DNA of 64,000 nucleotides from positions 6,138,001 through 6,202,000 of the forward strand of contig OX337229.1 of assembly GCA_946965045.2 (NCBI GenBank), given 5' to 3'. Positions within the stretch are counted from its first letter, which is position 1. Each line of letters begins with the position of its first letter. The notes beneath the pieces were generated by a model. The model had not been told where the DNA came from, ran no database searches, and saw only the letters and a list, made by a program, of their open reading frames with translations. The translations under genes were made by a program, and so were the position numbers. Shown piece by piece: positions 21,001 to 28,593 of this stretch. The stretch is from Epithemia pelagica. Its lineage: Eukaryota > Protista > Bacillariophyta.

Positions 21001-23675
21001 TTGTCCTGAAGAGTATTGACAAACTGTTTGGTTGACTTGATCCCATAGATATCAGTAACCAGAGTATCTCGACCAACAAAGATTTGTGCGACTTTACCGC
21101 CATGGTCAACAGCAGGGGTGTCGGAGAAAACCGAGTCAGTAGCAACGGGTTCATGGCGTCGAGGTATATTAAGGACCGGATTGCGAGCCTTGAAATGTTT
21201 CTTGAGGGTGTCGTGGTCAAAAGTAATGCTACCATTACGTGTAGTGTGCTTGAACGTATCGGCAATAACATCTTCAGATTGCCAACCAAAGAATGGACGG
21301 AACTTCTTCCAGTCATACGCTTCCTGGTAACGACGGTGGACAGAGGCATGAAGTGTAGGATCATTACCTTCTGCGTCAGCATAGATAGAAAAGAAGGGTG
21401 CGTCGTCAGGTCCATGATCGTATGGGAGATCCAAAAGGAGATTGAGGTTACAAACAACACGATCAGTGTACTCCCCATAGTTGTCATATGGATGGTTCGA
21501 CATACTACCATCAGTCTTGACGTGTTTCCAATCAGGATCATTGTCAGAGGGTGTGGGAGAATACGAATGGTCCAGAACACCAGGATCCCATGTGTCGGGT
21601 GACGTGAAGATGATCTGAGGTAAGGTATCCATGTCATCGTCGCTGGGGATACCCAAGGAATGGATGTAGGCTAACCCATCCTTGATGTGAAGGGGTATGG
21701 CACGACCATCAAGTGTAGTGATGCGTTGTTTACCATCAACTTTAACAGATCGTTCATCAACAGCAAGTCCGAAATGCTCGAATTGACCAGGAGCATGGAT
21801 AGATAAGCCCTTCCCATAATAAGCATATTCATTGAAGATGCCGACAATAGGTCCATCATTGGTCTCAAACTTTGCGGCACATGTGACGACAGGAAGTCCA
21901 GTAAGTTCATGGTTATCAATACCCACAATAGTGATATGGCGGCCAGTCTTAGAAAGGATGCGCATGTCAGAACCAGCAAGTCCTCCATTAGCACCACGGT
22001 CAATCAATTGATTCCCTGGTAAAGTAGATTTCCTGGAAAACAGATAGCGTGGAACATGTCCTGCTTGTTTATGCATGTTGGCTTTGAAAGTAACCTTCTT
22101 GCTCGTCTTGGACTTGGCGTTAGAAAGAACACTAGTCAGGTCAGTTGCCGGGTGATTGATATCAGTCGTCATGGCTTGGTTGATAAATTGTGTAACCGGA
22201 TCTGAATCATCTGAATGCTCAGTGACTACGCCAGGTGAGTCGTCATCAGATACAACTTGGTTGGGATCAGGATCAGGTTCCGGATCAATGTCGAGGGCAT
22301 GTGTTTGCACTGTCCTCGGTGTTGTTGATGAAGGTGCTTGAATCATCTTGTTATACTCAATGATCAACTTGCGATCTTCTTCAGAAAGTTTGAACCATAG
22401 GTCACGCGGTAGACTAACCTTGGACGAAGAGGATGGAGATTCAGATGTCGCTTTGGTGTTGTGGACATGATACTCCATATCATCTTGTGAGGTTATGTCA
22501 GCATCTGTATCTTGGCCATATAGTGATTCATGTTGTTTGACATGTCGACGGCGACTATGAACAGATGACTGGGTTGCTTGATCATGGTCATAAGCTGCGT
22601 CTAGAAGGAGACGGAAGTATGATTGATAGCAAAGGGATTTTGCACCGGATTTGGTGTTCACCACATTATCCAAGATCTTGACTCGGCGGAGATCAGGTAC
22701 CTTTTCTACAGCTTGCATGAGGAAGGTCATCCTGGTATGATCAGGGATGCGATCAGACAATGTCACTAAATTGTCTAGCAAACGTAGCTGCTCTTGAAAG
22801 TGTAGAAGAAATTGACGTGTTGTTCCGCGCCATGTGTCGTCAAGACGTAGATTGGAAATGTAGTTGGTTAAGCGGAGGACTTCTCGCTTTGCTAGGTCGG
22901 ATTCGGTATGCAAAGAGTGTAACTTCTGCAATACGGCACGCGCATCTTCATCATGTTCATGTTCACGTACATAGGCTCGACCTTGGTCAGTCTGAATGAT
23001 ACGGACAAGAACGGAGTAAAGAAATACTTGTTGCTCTTGAAAAAGTTCTTCGGCATACTCATCATCATGGGGTGGTGTGTATTTGAAATTCAGAACGTTG
23101 GATAGGCCTTGAGCCTTAGCTGTAGTCTTGAATACACGCCAGAATGAATCGTAGTATCGTTCATCCTTGAATACCTCATATGCAGTTGCGTCGCGCTTAG
23201 TTCCCTTTCTGAATGCTGTAAGGTCTTGTTGAGATTGGGATGCGGCAGTAACTGTGCTGACAGATTTCACAGATGACGGTGACTTCATTGGCGAGACTGG
23301 GACTTGGCTAGGTGGTCCCTTAGAGAAATCTGTGTTGATCCTCCAAGTGTTGAACTCTTTCCTCGTTAGGTTCATCCAGTCGCTATTGGATAGCTCGTCT
23401 TGAATTTCATTGGTCTTGTATGTGGCCCAATAAGCCAAGAGCTTGATCTGCTGTCTTGTGGGGCCTTGTAGATCATGTGTCTGTTTGTTGACCTTGTATT
23501 GTGTCAGTTCCTTCATGGATTCCTCGGTATTAGTTTGCATATACGAGATAACATGGGTAATGTTCTCAAAACCATGGTATTTCATCCACTTCATTAAGTA
23601 GTCAGCCCTTTCTTTGGTAAAAAAATTGGCAGACAGTAAATATGATGTGGTCGAATAGGTCTGTGTCCGAGACAT
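18045..23675 (-). CDS. Copia A Gag-Pol polyprotein (1876 aa, uninterrupted)
   Basis: Protease LIDRGANGG; integrase VATDSVF/LISDGG/NKAENRY; RT IAVYVDDL; RNase H YVDAN/GDN. Confidence 0.95.
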   Translation of the reverse strand: MSRTQTYSTTSYLLSANFFTKERADYLMKWMKYHGFENITHVISYMQTNTEESMKELTQYKVNKQTHDLQGPTRQQIKLLAYWATYKTNEIQDELSNSDWMNLTRKEFNTWRINTDFSKGPPSQVPVSPMKSPSSVKSVSTVTAASQSQQDLTAFRKGTKRDATAYEVFKDERYYDSFWRVFKTTAKAQGLSNVLNFKYTPPHDDEYAEELFQEQQVFLYSVLVRIIQTDQGRAYVREHEHDEDARAVLQKLHSLHTESDLAKREVLRLTNYISNLRLDDTWRGTTRQFLLHFQEQLRLLDNLVTLSDRIPDHTRMTFLMQAVEKVPDLRRVKILDNVVNTKSGAKSLCYQSYFRLLLDAAYDHDQATQSSVHSRRRHVKQHESLYGQDTDADITSQDDMEYHVHNTKATSESPSSSSKVSLPRDLWFKLSEEDRKLIIEYNKMIQAPSSTTPRTVQTHALDIDPEPDPDPNQVVSDDDSPGVVTEHSDDSDPVTQFINQAMTTDINHPATDLTSVLSNAKSKTSKKVTFKANMHKQAGHVPRYLFSRKSTLPGNQLIDRGANGGLAGSDMRILSKTGRHITIVGIDNHELTGLPVVTCAAKFETNDGPIVGIFNEYAYYGKGLSIHAPGQFEHFGLAVDERSVKVDGKQRITTLDGRAIPLHIKDGLAYIHSLGIPSDDDMDTLPQIIFTSPDTWDPGVLDHSYSPTPSDNDPDWKHVKTDGSMSNHPYDNYGEYTDRVVCNLNLLLDLPYDHGPDDAPFFSIYADAEGNDPTLHASVHRRYQEAYDWKKFRPFFGWQSEDVIADTFKHTTRNGSITFDHDTLKKHFKARNPVLNIPRRHEPVATDSVFSDTPAVDHGGKVAQIFVGRDTLVTDIYGIKSTKQFVNTLQDNIRFRGAMETLISDGGSSLISQKVKDILRTLLIGEYRSEPYHQHQNKAENRYQTVKRMTNALMNATGCPANTWLLCLEYVCDLLNHTSSPTHSGRTPLEALSGRPPDITHLLFFPFWDEVYYRVDPAEPNSGSYPSSSDEKLGHWVGFAHNVGDSFTWKILTQDNQIIYRSAVRRVESTTPNLRVDRPSGEDSSDKDDNDKQADTVFIRSDSEDPSKPMPTIDFDDMIGRTFLCDTEENGERHRARVIKRVIDLNEEATKQEERVKYIYRKTNSDVDEMISYNQLMEYIERDNQAQTSGDNLFRFRDVIAHQGPLNTTDPDYKGSKYNLLVDWETGETTYEPLSLIANDDPITVAIYGKKHDLLNEPGWKHLKRYVKTSKRLIRAAKQSRIKQVHHSVKYKFGFQVPRNYEEAVTLDKQHGNTKWQDATELELSQIQSYKTFKDFGKAIFIKGKVSNAPEGYHKIRVHLVFDVKHDGRHKARLVADGHLTKEPVETIYSGVVSIRNLRIALFLGTLNDLEIWGADIGNAYLEALTGEKLFIVAGPEFKELEGHILIIYKALYGLKSSGARWHDVLFDVLTDMGFSPSKADPDIWMRKAPGEDCYEYIAVYVDDLAIISTDPGNICKILKEKYNFKLKGDGPIDFHLGCCYTKDSDGTLVADPRRYIGKMMDTFERVFKEKPKKAKTPLIGGDHPELDDSELLDEEGTNHFQTLIGQLQWVITIGRFDVFTATMTLSRFRAAPRKGHLDRAKRIYGYLAHLPEGAIRFRIGEPDYSSLPTQEFDWTRTVYSNASERIPEDCPTPLGRYVTTTHYVDANLMHDIVTGKSVTAVLHLLNGTPIDWYSKRQSTVETATYGSEFVAARTAIDQITELRHSLRYLGVPIRERSYMYGDNRSVVLNATVPHSILSKRHHLLSYHRVREAIAAKYVAFYWKDGKTNPADILSKHWDFVSIWPMLKPLLFWKGEVQDLNKSNDDKAETTSCGEC

Positions 23676-24028
23676 TGTCTTGGTTATCTTCTCCCTTAGG
23701 AGTCGTAGGTGTCTTGGGTGATTGAGGATCCATGGTGTTATTTGGTTGGTTCGATGTTTATTTAATGTGCGGTGTGATGTGGTTTATTTAATGTGTGATG
23801 TGATGTGAACCCGGATGTACCACGTGTGCCACGTATGTACCACGTATGTAATACCCGGATGTGTGTTGTGATGTGCGACTCCTGGAAATTTCCGTTGATT
23901 TCGACAAATTTTCGCCGAGTTTCAACAAATTTTCGCCGAATTTTCGCGATTTGACGGGAATGTGTGGCGTGTTGTGCGACCAAGGGTACCCGGATGTGCG
24001 TTGAGTTTAAGTCTTGGAAAGGTTTTGA

Positions 24029-25118
24029 GAGGACGGGAGTTAACTATGAGTAATTAAGCTTCGGTCTCTGAATCCTCACCCTCTTCCGAATGATCAGAGT
24101 CGCTTCCAGGCTCAGATGGGGCAGCACAAGCAACAGAAGAAGGGGTATCACCTTCAGCCAGGTGATTCTCGACCTCGGTACGCAAAGGGTAGATAGTTGC
24201 ACGATGGTCCTCGATGGTATGGACCTCGTGGATGTAGGCAATGTAGTTATCTAGGCGTACAACGTTAGGAGGCAGAGGGCAAGTCGTCGCGTTCACGACG
24301 TAGATGGTATTGTAGTATCCAGTTGGGCGCTCGAAGGTTAGGAAGCGGAGGTGGACAGTACGGATGGGGTTGTCCGAGAGGGCGGCAAAGATGAGGCGAC
24401 GCCTCGGAGAGCGGTGAAGTTGGTCGTTCAGACGGTCAATGTCTTCTTGGTCGACGATGTGGGTCACCGATTGGAACTGGCGTTCGATCTGGGTCTCCCC
24501 ACGGATGATCTCGGGATCGAAGGTCGAACAAGTTGGTTGGCGGAAGTACTTGATATGATCAGCAATCAACCGGGAGGACGGGAGTTAACTATGAGTAATT
24601 AAGCTTCGGTCTCTGAATCCTCACCCTCTTCCGAATGATCAGAGTCGCTTCCAGGCTCAGATGGGGCAGCACAAGCAACAGAAGAAGGGGTATCACCTTC
24701 AGCCAGGTGATTCTCGACCTCGGTACGCAAAGGGTAGATAGTTGCACGATGGTCCTCGATGGTATGGACCTCGTGGATGTAGGCAATGTAGTTATCTAGG
24801 CGTACAACGTTAGGAGGCAGAGGGCAAGTCGTCGCGTTCACGACGTAGATGGTATTGTAGTATCCAGTTGGGCGCTCGAAGGTTAGGAAGCGGAGGTGGA
24901 CAGTACGGATGGGGTTGTCCGAGAGGGCGGCAAAGATGAGGCGACGCCTCGGAGAGCGGTGAAGTTGGTCGTTCAGACGGTCAATGTCTTCTTGGTCGAC
25001 GATGTGGGTCACCGATTGGAACTGGCGTTCGATCTGGGTCTCCCCACGGATGATCTCGGGATCGAAGGTCGAACAAGTTGGTTGGCGGAAGTACTTGATA
25101 TGATCAGCAATCAACCGG
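24029..25118. repeat. 545-bp tandem duplication inside the copia A leader (24029-24573, 24574-25118)
   Basis: Identical translated ORFs at offset 545 (24044/24589, 24054/24599). Confidence 0.92.
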
Positions 25119-25378
25119 GTGGTACGACGGGATCGAGAAGGGACGAGCCGACGAGGCGGACTCGGGGGCCGAAGCAACGGCGCAGGGATCGGAGCGTGAG
25201 GCTGGGTTGGAGTCTCGAATGGGTTGCTGTTGGAACTGTCGACGGAGATGTTGACCGATGTGTTGGCTGCCTTCGGCGTCGGCACCAGTTCCTGCTGCAC
25301 CAGGGTATCGGGCTGCCCGGGATGCAGGTTGGCTCGATAGATCTGTCGTACAGGAGTGATAATCTCGTTAGTATCCAT
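24599..25378 (-). CDS. Extra sense-strand ORF0 (259 aa) between PBS and gag of copia A; its 3' part is duplicated at 24054-24569
   Basis: ATG 37 nt after the LTR; Pro-rich N-terminus, globular-looking core, acidic tail; no recognised family. Confidence 0.6.
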   Translation of the reverse strand: MDTNEIITPVRQIYRANLHPGQPDTLVQQELVPTPKAANTSVNISVDSSNSNPFETPTQPHAPIPAPLLRPPSPPRRLVPSRSRRTTRLIADHIKYFRQPTCSTFDPEIIRGETQIERQFQSVTHIVDQEDIDRLNDQLHRSPRRRLIFAALSDNPIRTVHLRFLTFERPTGYYNTIYVVNATTCPLPPNVVRLDNYIAYIHEVHTIEDHRATIYPLRTEVENHLAEGDTPSSVACAAPSEPGSDSDHSEEGEDSETEA

Positions 25379-25400
25379 GAAACCACAAGGAAATAAGCTT

Positions 25401-25414
25401 TGAGACTGTTAATC
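25401..25414 (-). promoter_or_regulatory. Primer-binding site of copia A, complementary to a tRNA-Asn(GUU) anticodon arm (half-tRNA primer)
   Basis: GATTAACAGTCTCA abuts the LTR; its reverse complement is TGAGA-CTGTTAA-TC. Confidence 0.65.
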
Positions 25415-26197
25415 TGTTACAATTCTTTCTGAATCGTAGGGACATTGATGCTCGGTAGAGCAGACAATCAGGTAGGTCACCAACCGATACAAGCTTCTCA
25501 GGGTCAGAGAAGCAAGCAAGTCGAAGTCTATCAGAAGGATAGTCGGGACACAAAAGAGGATGTGATAAATGGTGATATTGTTAGATTGTGTGTTGATTAC
25601 TACGATAGGTCTACGTGAAATGTTCGGTCCTGCCAAGGGTCATGTATCATAGGTTCTTGGCGGCAACAGGTTTGGAATAGTTGGAGTTGATTCATGTGAT
25701 GTATATGACATGTATATGTGGGCGGATAACATATACAGGGTCAACAGCTCTTGCTTTGGGTTGGCATAGTTGTTTTCATGGCGCGCAGCTTGTTGACAAT
25801 TTGGAGATTGTGGGAATGGAAATATGGTCTCGCGTGATCGTGTGTCGTGCTTGGGATACTTAGACCGTTGGATCGGATAGATGCCGATAGCGCTCGGATG
25901 TCGCTTGGGCGCGCTCGATGATTTCGGGCGCGTACGCTTAGGGCGTTAGTACAGTGTCCGAGCAACGGCCAAATTTACGTCCGTTGTAATACCGCACGAC
26001 CCAATTTAGTCTTGAGAGTGAGTTCGTCAATCTATTCTCACTTTTCATGATTTGCGAAGAAATATAGGTCGATATAGCGCGAAGCTAGGAAACATAGCTC
26101 GAAGCTAGAGGGCATGATGCGATAGCACGAGGCTATGTGACATGGGGAATCGATGAGATGTAGAATCTAACCACCATAGACGGTGAGAATTCTAACA
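25415..26197 (-). repeat. 5' LTR of copia A
   Basis: Direct repeat of 17268-18050, followed by the PBS. Confidence 0.95.
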
Positions 26198-26280
26198 GTT
26201 TTCTAGTCATAATTTTGGTCTAGCCACTTGTTGCACGCCGTATACACCGTGTTGTAGCGTGTAGTGGCAGGATTTATACA

Positions 26281-26294
26281 GTTTATCAGACCCA
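26281..26294 (+). promoter_or_regulatory. Primer-binding site of copia B, complementary to a tRNA-Ile(GAU)-like anticodon arm
   Basis: GTTTATCAGACCCA abuts the LTR; its reverse complement is TGGGT-CTGATAA-AC. Confidence 0.6.
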
Positions 26295-26304
26295 TCATCG
26301 CAGA

Positions 26305-26560
26305 GCCGCAGTGGTTTAGCTGGTAAATGTTTGCTGTTGGCTCGTGGTGCCAGGGGTTCGATTCCCCTTAGACTCAGCTTTAAGTTAAGACGCCCAATTT
26401 CTGGGGGCCGCCATATTTGGGGTGTATGGTACAAGACGTTTCCCCGCTGGTTAAAAGTGCATGTTCTTCTCAAGGGTGGCCGATCAACCCCGGTCGACTG
26501 GGGTTCACCGCCTTGTACATACGCTATATGCCAATGCACGGGGGAACTAATATGTTTTTT
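26305..26560 (+). ncRNA. tRNA-derived Pol III-type unit (A box, B box, structured body, T6 terminator) inside the copia B leader
   Basis: A box TGGTTTAGCTGG 26312-26323; D stem GTTT/AAAT; perfect T arm AGGGG-TTCGATT-CCCCT 26352-26368 at canonical spacing. Acceptor and anticodon stems are degenerate. The first run of 4 or more T is at 26555-26560. Confidence 0.55.
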
Positions 26561-27042
26561 GTCTAACTCACCAACTATGCTAGCTAAGCTATGCATCATG
26601 TGAAACTCCTTGGAGTCTTGCTCTCTGCCTTTTGCCCGTACTGGCAGCGGCTGATCACCGCTTGGGAGTGTTCGCGCTAAGCTACTCGTCACGGTATGCT
26701 TGCGGCACTACTTATAGTTCACACTCGTGATGTGTGACCCATGGCACTCTCCCACGTGACGGGGAGCACTCGCTTAAGTGAGCGATTGTTTTGGTAATCT
26801 TTTCTCCATACATGAAAATATAGATACCTCCTTTTGCACTGTGCCGACGCACACGTCCTAAGTATTTGTTCTCTGCCGACTGCAGCGCAAACGCAAGTCG
26901 ACACTACTTGTGCACCTTAATTCCAGGTAGAATCGCGAAATCTGCGATCTGCATCACCTTTTGGCAATGCCTCCACACTTCTGTGTTTTTTGCCTGTGTT
27001 TTGCTCTGAACCTCTCCTGCTTCTGGCTCTCTTGCTTTCCTT

Positions 27043-28593
27043 TTGCCTTCCACCATGTCTTCATCCACTGCCCCTGAAAATCCCAAGGAAGATTTCAAGG
27101 CTGCCGTTAAACGCTGTGGATACAATGATGCCACCGTGACCTACATCATTGAGCAGGGTTTTGATGATGCTCAATCGTTCATGACTGTTGCGGTCCATCA
27201 AGTGCCGTCGATGTTGAAGATGATGGCGAAGACCCCTCCAGAGAACGGGGCCTTTCCCTTCAGTGCTAACCTGCAGCTCCACGGCTTCCGAATGTGGCTC
27301 GAATACCGTTCGTCTCGTGGTCAGGCCCTTAAAGTCTCACTTTTCTCTGATCCGCCCCTGATCAAGAAATGGACCAAACGTACCCAGGAACTGTTTGCAC
27401 TCAACAAGGAAGTTGCCTCCGATGAACTGACCCCACCAAAAGAGTTGACTTCGTTTACTCAGTGGGAGGTGTTTAACGATGCCTTGCTCACGTTCCTCGC
27501 ACAGCATCGCAATCCCACAACGGGTGTCCCCTTGACATACGTCCTTCGTGAAACTAAGCCTGTTGGTTCTGAAGCAAGGAATGCTGCCTACGATACTATC
27601 GATGACGATTTGATTGCTACTACTATCCTGCAAGGTGATCAGTATGCCCTTGACAATCAACGCGTCTTCACACTGATGAAACCTTTTCTTGTTGGCGGAC
27701 CTGGCCTGACGTTCATCAAGCCACACCAGAAGAAGAAGGACGGCCGTGAAGCGTATCTTGCGTTGACTCGCCAAGCTACTGGAACAGCAGCTGTCACCAT
27801 CCGCAAGAAAGAAGCATACGCTGCTATTGCCGACGCAAAGTTTACAGGCCGCGGTCGTTTCTCGTATCAACAATATGTTCACCGCCATCAGAAAGCTCAT
27901 AATACGTTGGCTGAACTTGATGAACCCGTTGCCGAAACCAAAAAGGTAACCGATTTCCTCAAAGGTATATCGGATCCCTCTTTGGCGGCGGGAAAGACGG
28001 TCGTCAACGGTGACGCAGCAAAGCTTTCTGATTTTGAAGCATGCCAGCAGTATTTTGGCACGTTGATTGCTGCATCCCGTACCGACAAGACCAATGACGA
28101 GAATCGAAAGATTGCTGGTGTGGGTACGACTAAGACTAGTGGAAAGAAGAATGGTCGTAACAAGCAGAATAAAAAGAAGACGCGTCATTACAGTTTGGAT
28201 GAATGGCGCAAGCTCTCTGATGAAGAGAAGGCCGAAATTCTCCGTGCCCGTAAAGAACAAAAAGACGCTAATGGAAAGCGCAAGGCCGGAGCCGTGCGCA
28301 CTGAAGATGAAAATGGCTCTCGCAAGTTGAGTAAAACTGAAACTCCAAAGTCTGATGACATGAAATTGGAGACCACTGACCTGGATGGCGACGACGCGCC
28401 GAACCATTCCGAGCCTGATCCTCCTGTTGCTGATGAACCGACTGTTCCCAAAACCTCAGCTGGAAACAGTTTCGGACGCTTTGCCCATAGTAAAAAAGGA
28501 TCTACAAAGCCGCACAACCCTGATGAAACCAAGGAGCCTACAACTGCCGTTGCGAAAGCTGCCCTTGCAGAGAAGGCCACAAAGCAGACCTGA
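27043..28593 (+). CDS. Copia B Gag (516 aa)
   Basis: GVPLTYVLRE, DNQRVFTLM, KKDGREAYLAL and CoDi-type YSLDEWRKLSDEEK motifs; ends in a TGA in frame with pol. Confidence 0.88.
   Translation: MPSTMSSSTAPENPKEDFKAAVKRCGYNDATVTYIIEQGFDDAQSFMTVAVHQVPSMLKMMAKTPPENGAFPFSANLQLHGFRMWLEYRSSRGQALKVSLFSDPPLIKKWTKRTQELFALNKEVASDELTPPKELTSFTQWEVFNDALLTFLAQHRNPTTGVPLTYVLRETKPVGSEARNAAYDTIDDDLIATTILQGDQYALDNQRVFTLMKPFLVGGPGLTFIKPHQKKKDGREAYLALTRQATGTAAVTIRKKEAYAAIADAKFTGRGRFSYQQYVHRHQKAHNTLAELDEPVAETKKVTDFLKGISDPSLAAGKTVVNGDAAKLSDFEACQQYFGTLIAASRTDKTNDENRKIAGVGTTKTSGKKNGRNKQNKKKTRHYSLDEWRKLSDEEKAEILRARKEQKDANGKRKAGAVRTEDENGSRKLSKTETPKSDDMKLETTDLDGDDAPNHSEPDPPVADEPTVPKTSAGNSFGRFAHSKKGSTKPHNPDETKEPTTAVAKAALAEKATKQT

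Larger units (their letters stand above)
17268..26197 (-). mobile_element. Ty1/copia LTR retrotransposon A (CoDi-like), 783-bp LTRs, 5-bp TSD GTTTT, nested in the 5' LTR of element B
   Basis: LTRs 17268-18050 and 25415-26197 (no differences seen), TGTTA...TAACA ends. GTTTT at 17263-17267 and 26198-26202. PPT tgtggggag at 18051-18059 (minus strand). Confidence 0.95.

Noticed and set aside
17534-25965. Identical small ORFs at 17534/25681 and 17594/25741
   Set aside because: They lie within the two LTRs of copia A and only reflect LTR identity.
26305-26375. Functional tRNA or UGA suppressor
   Set aside because: The acceptor and anticodon stems do not pair and the anticodon position reads TTG, not TCA.
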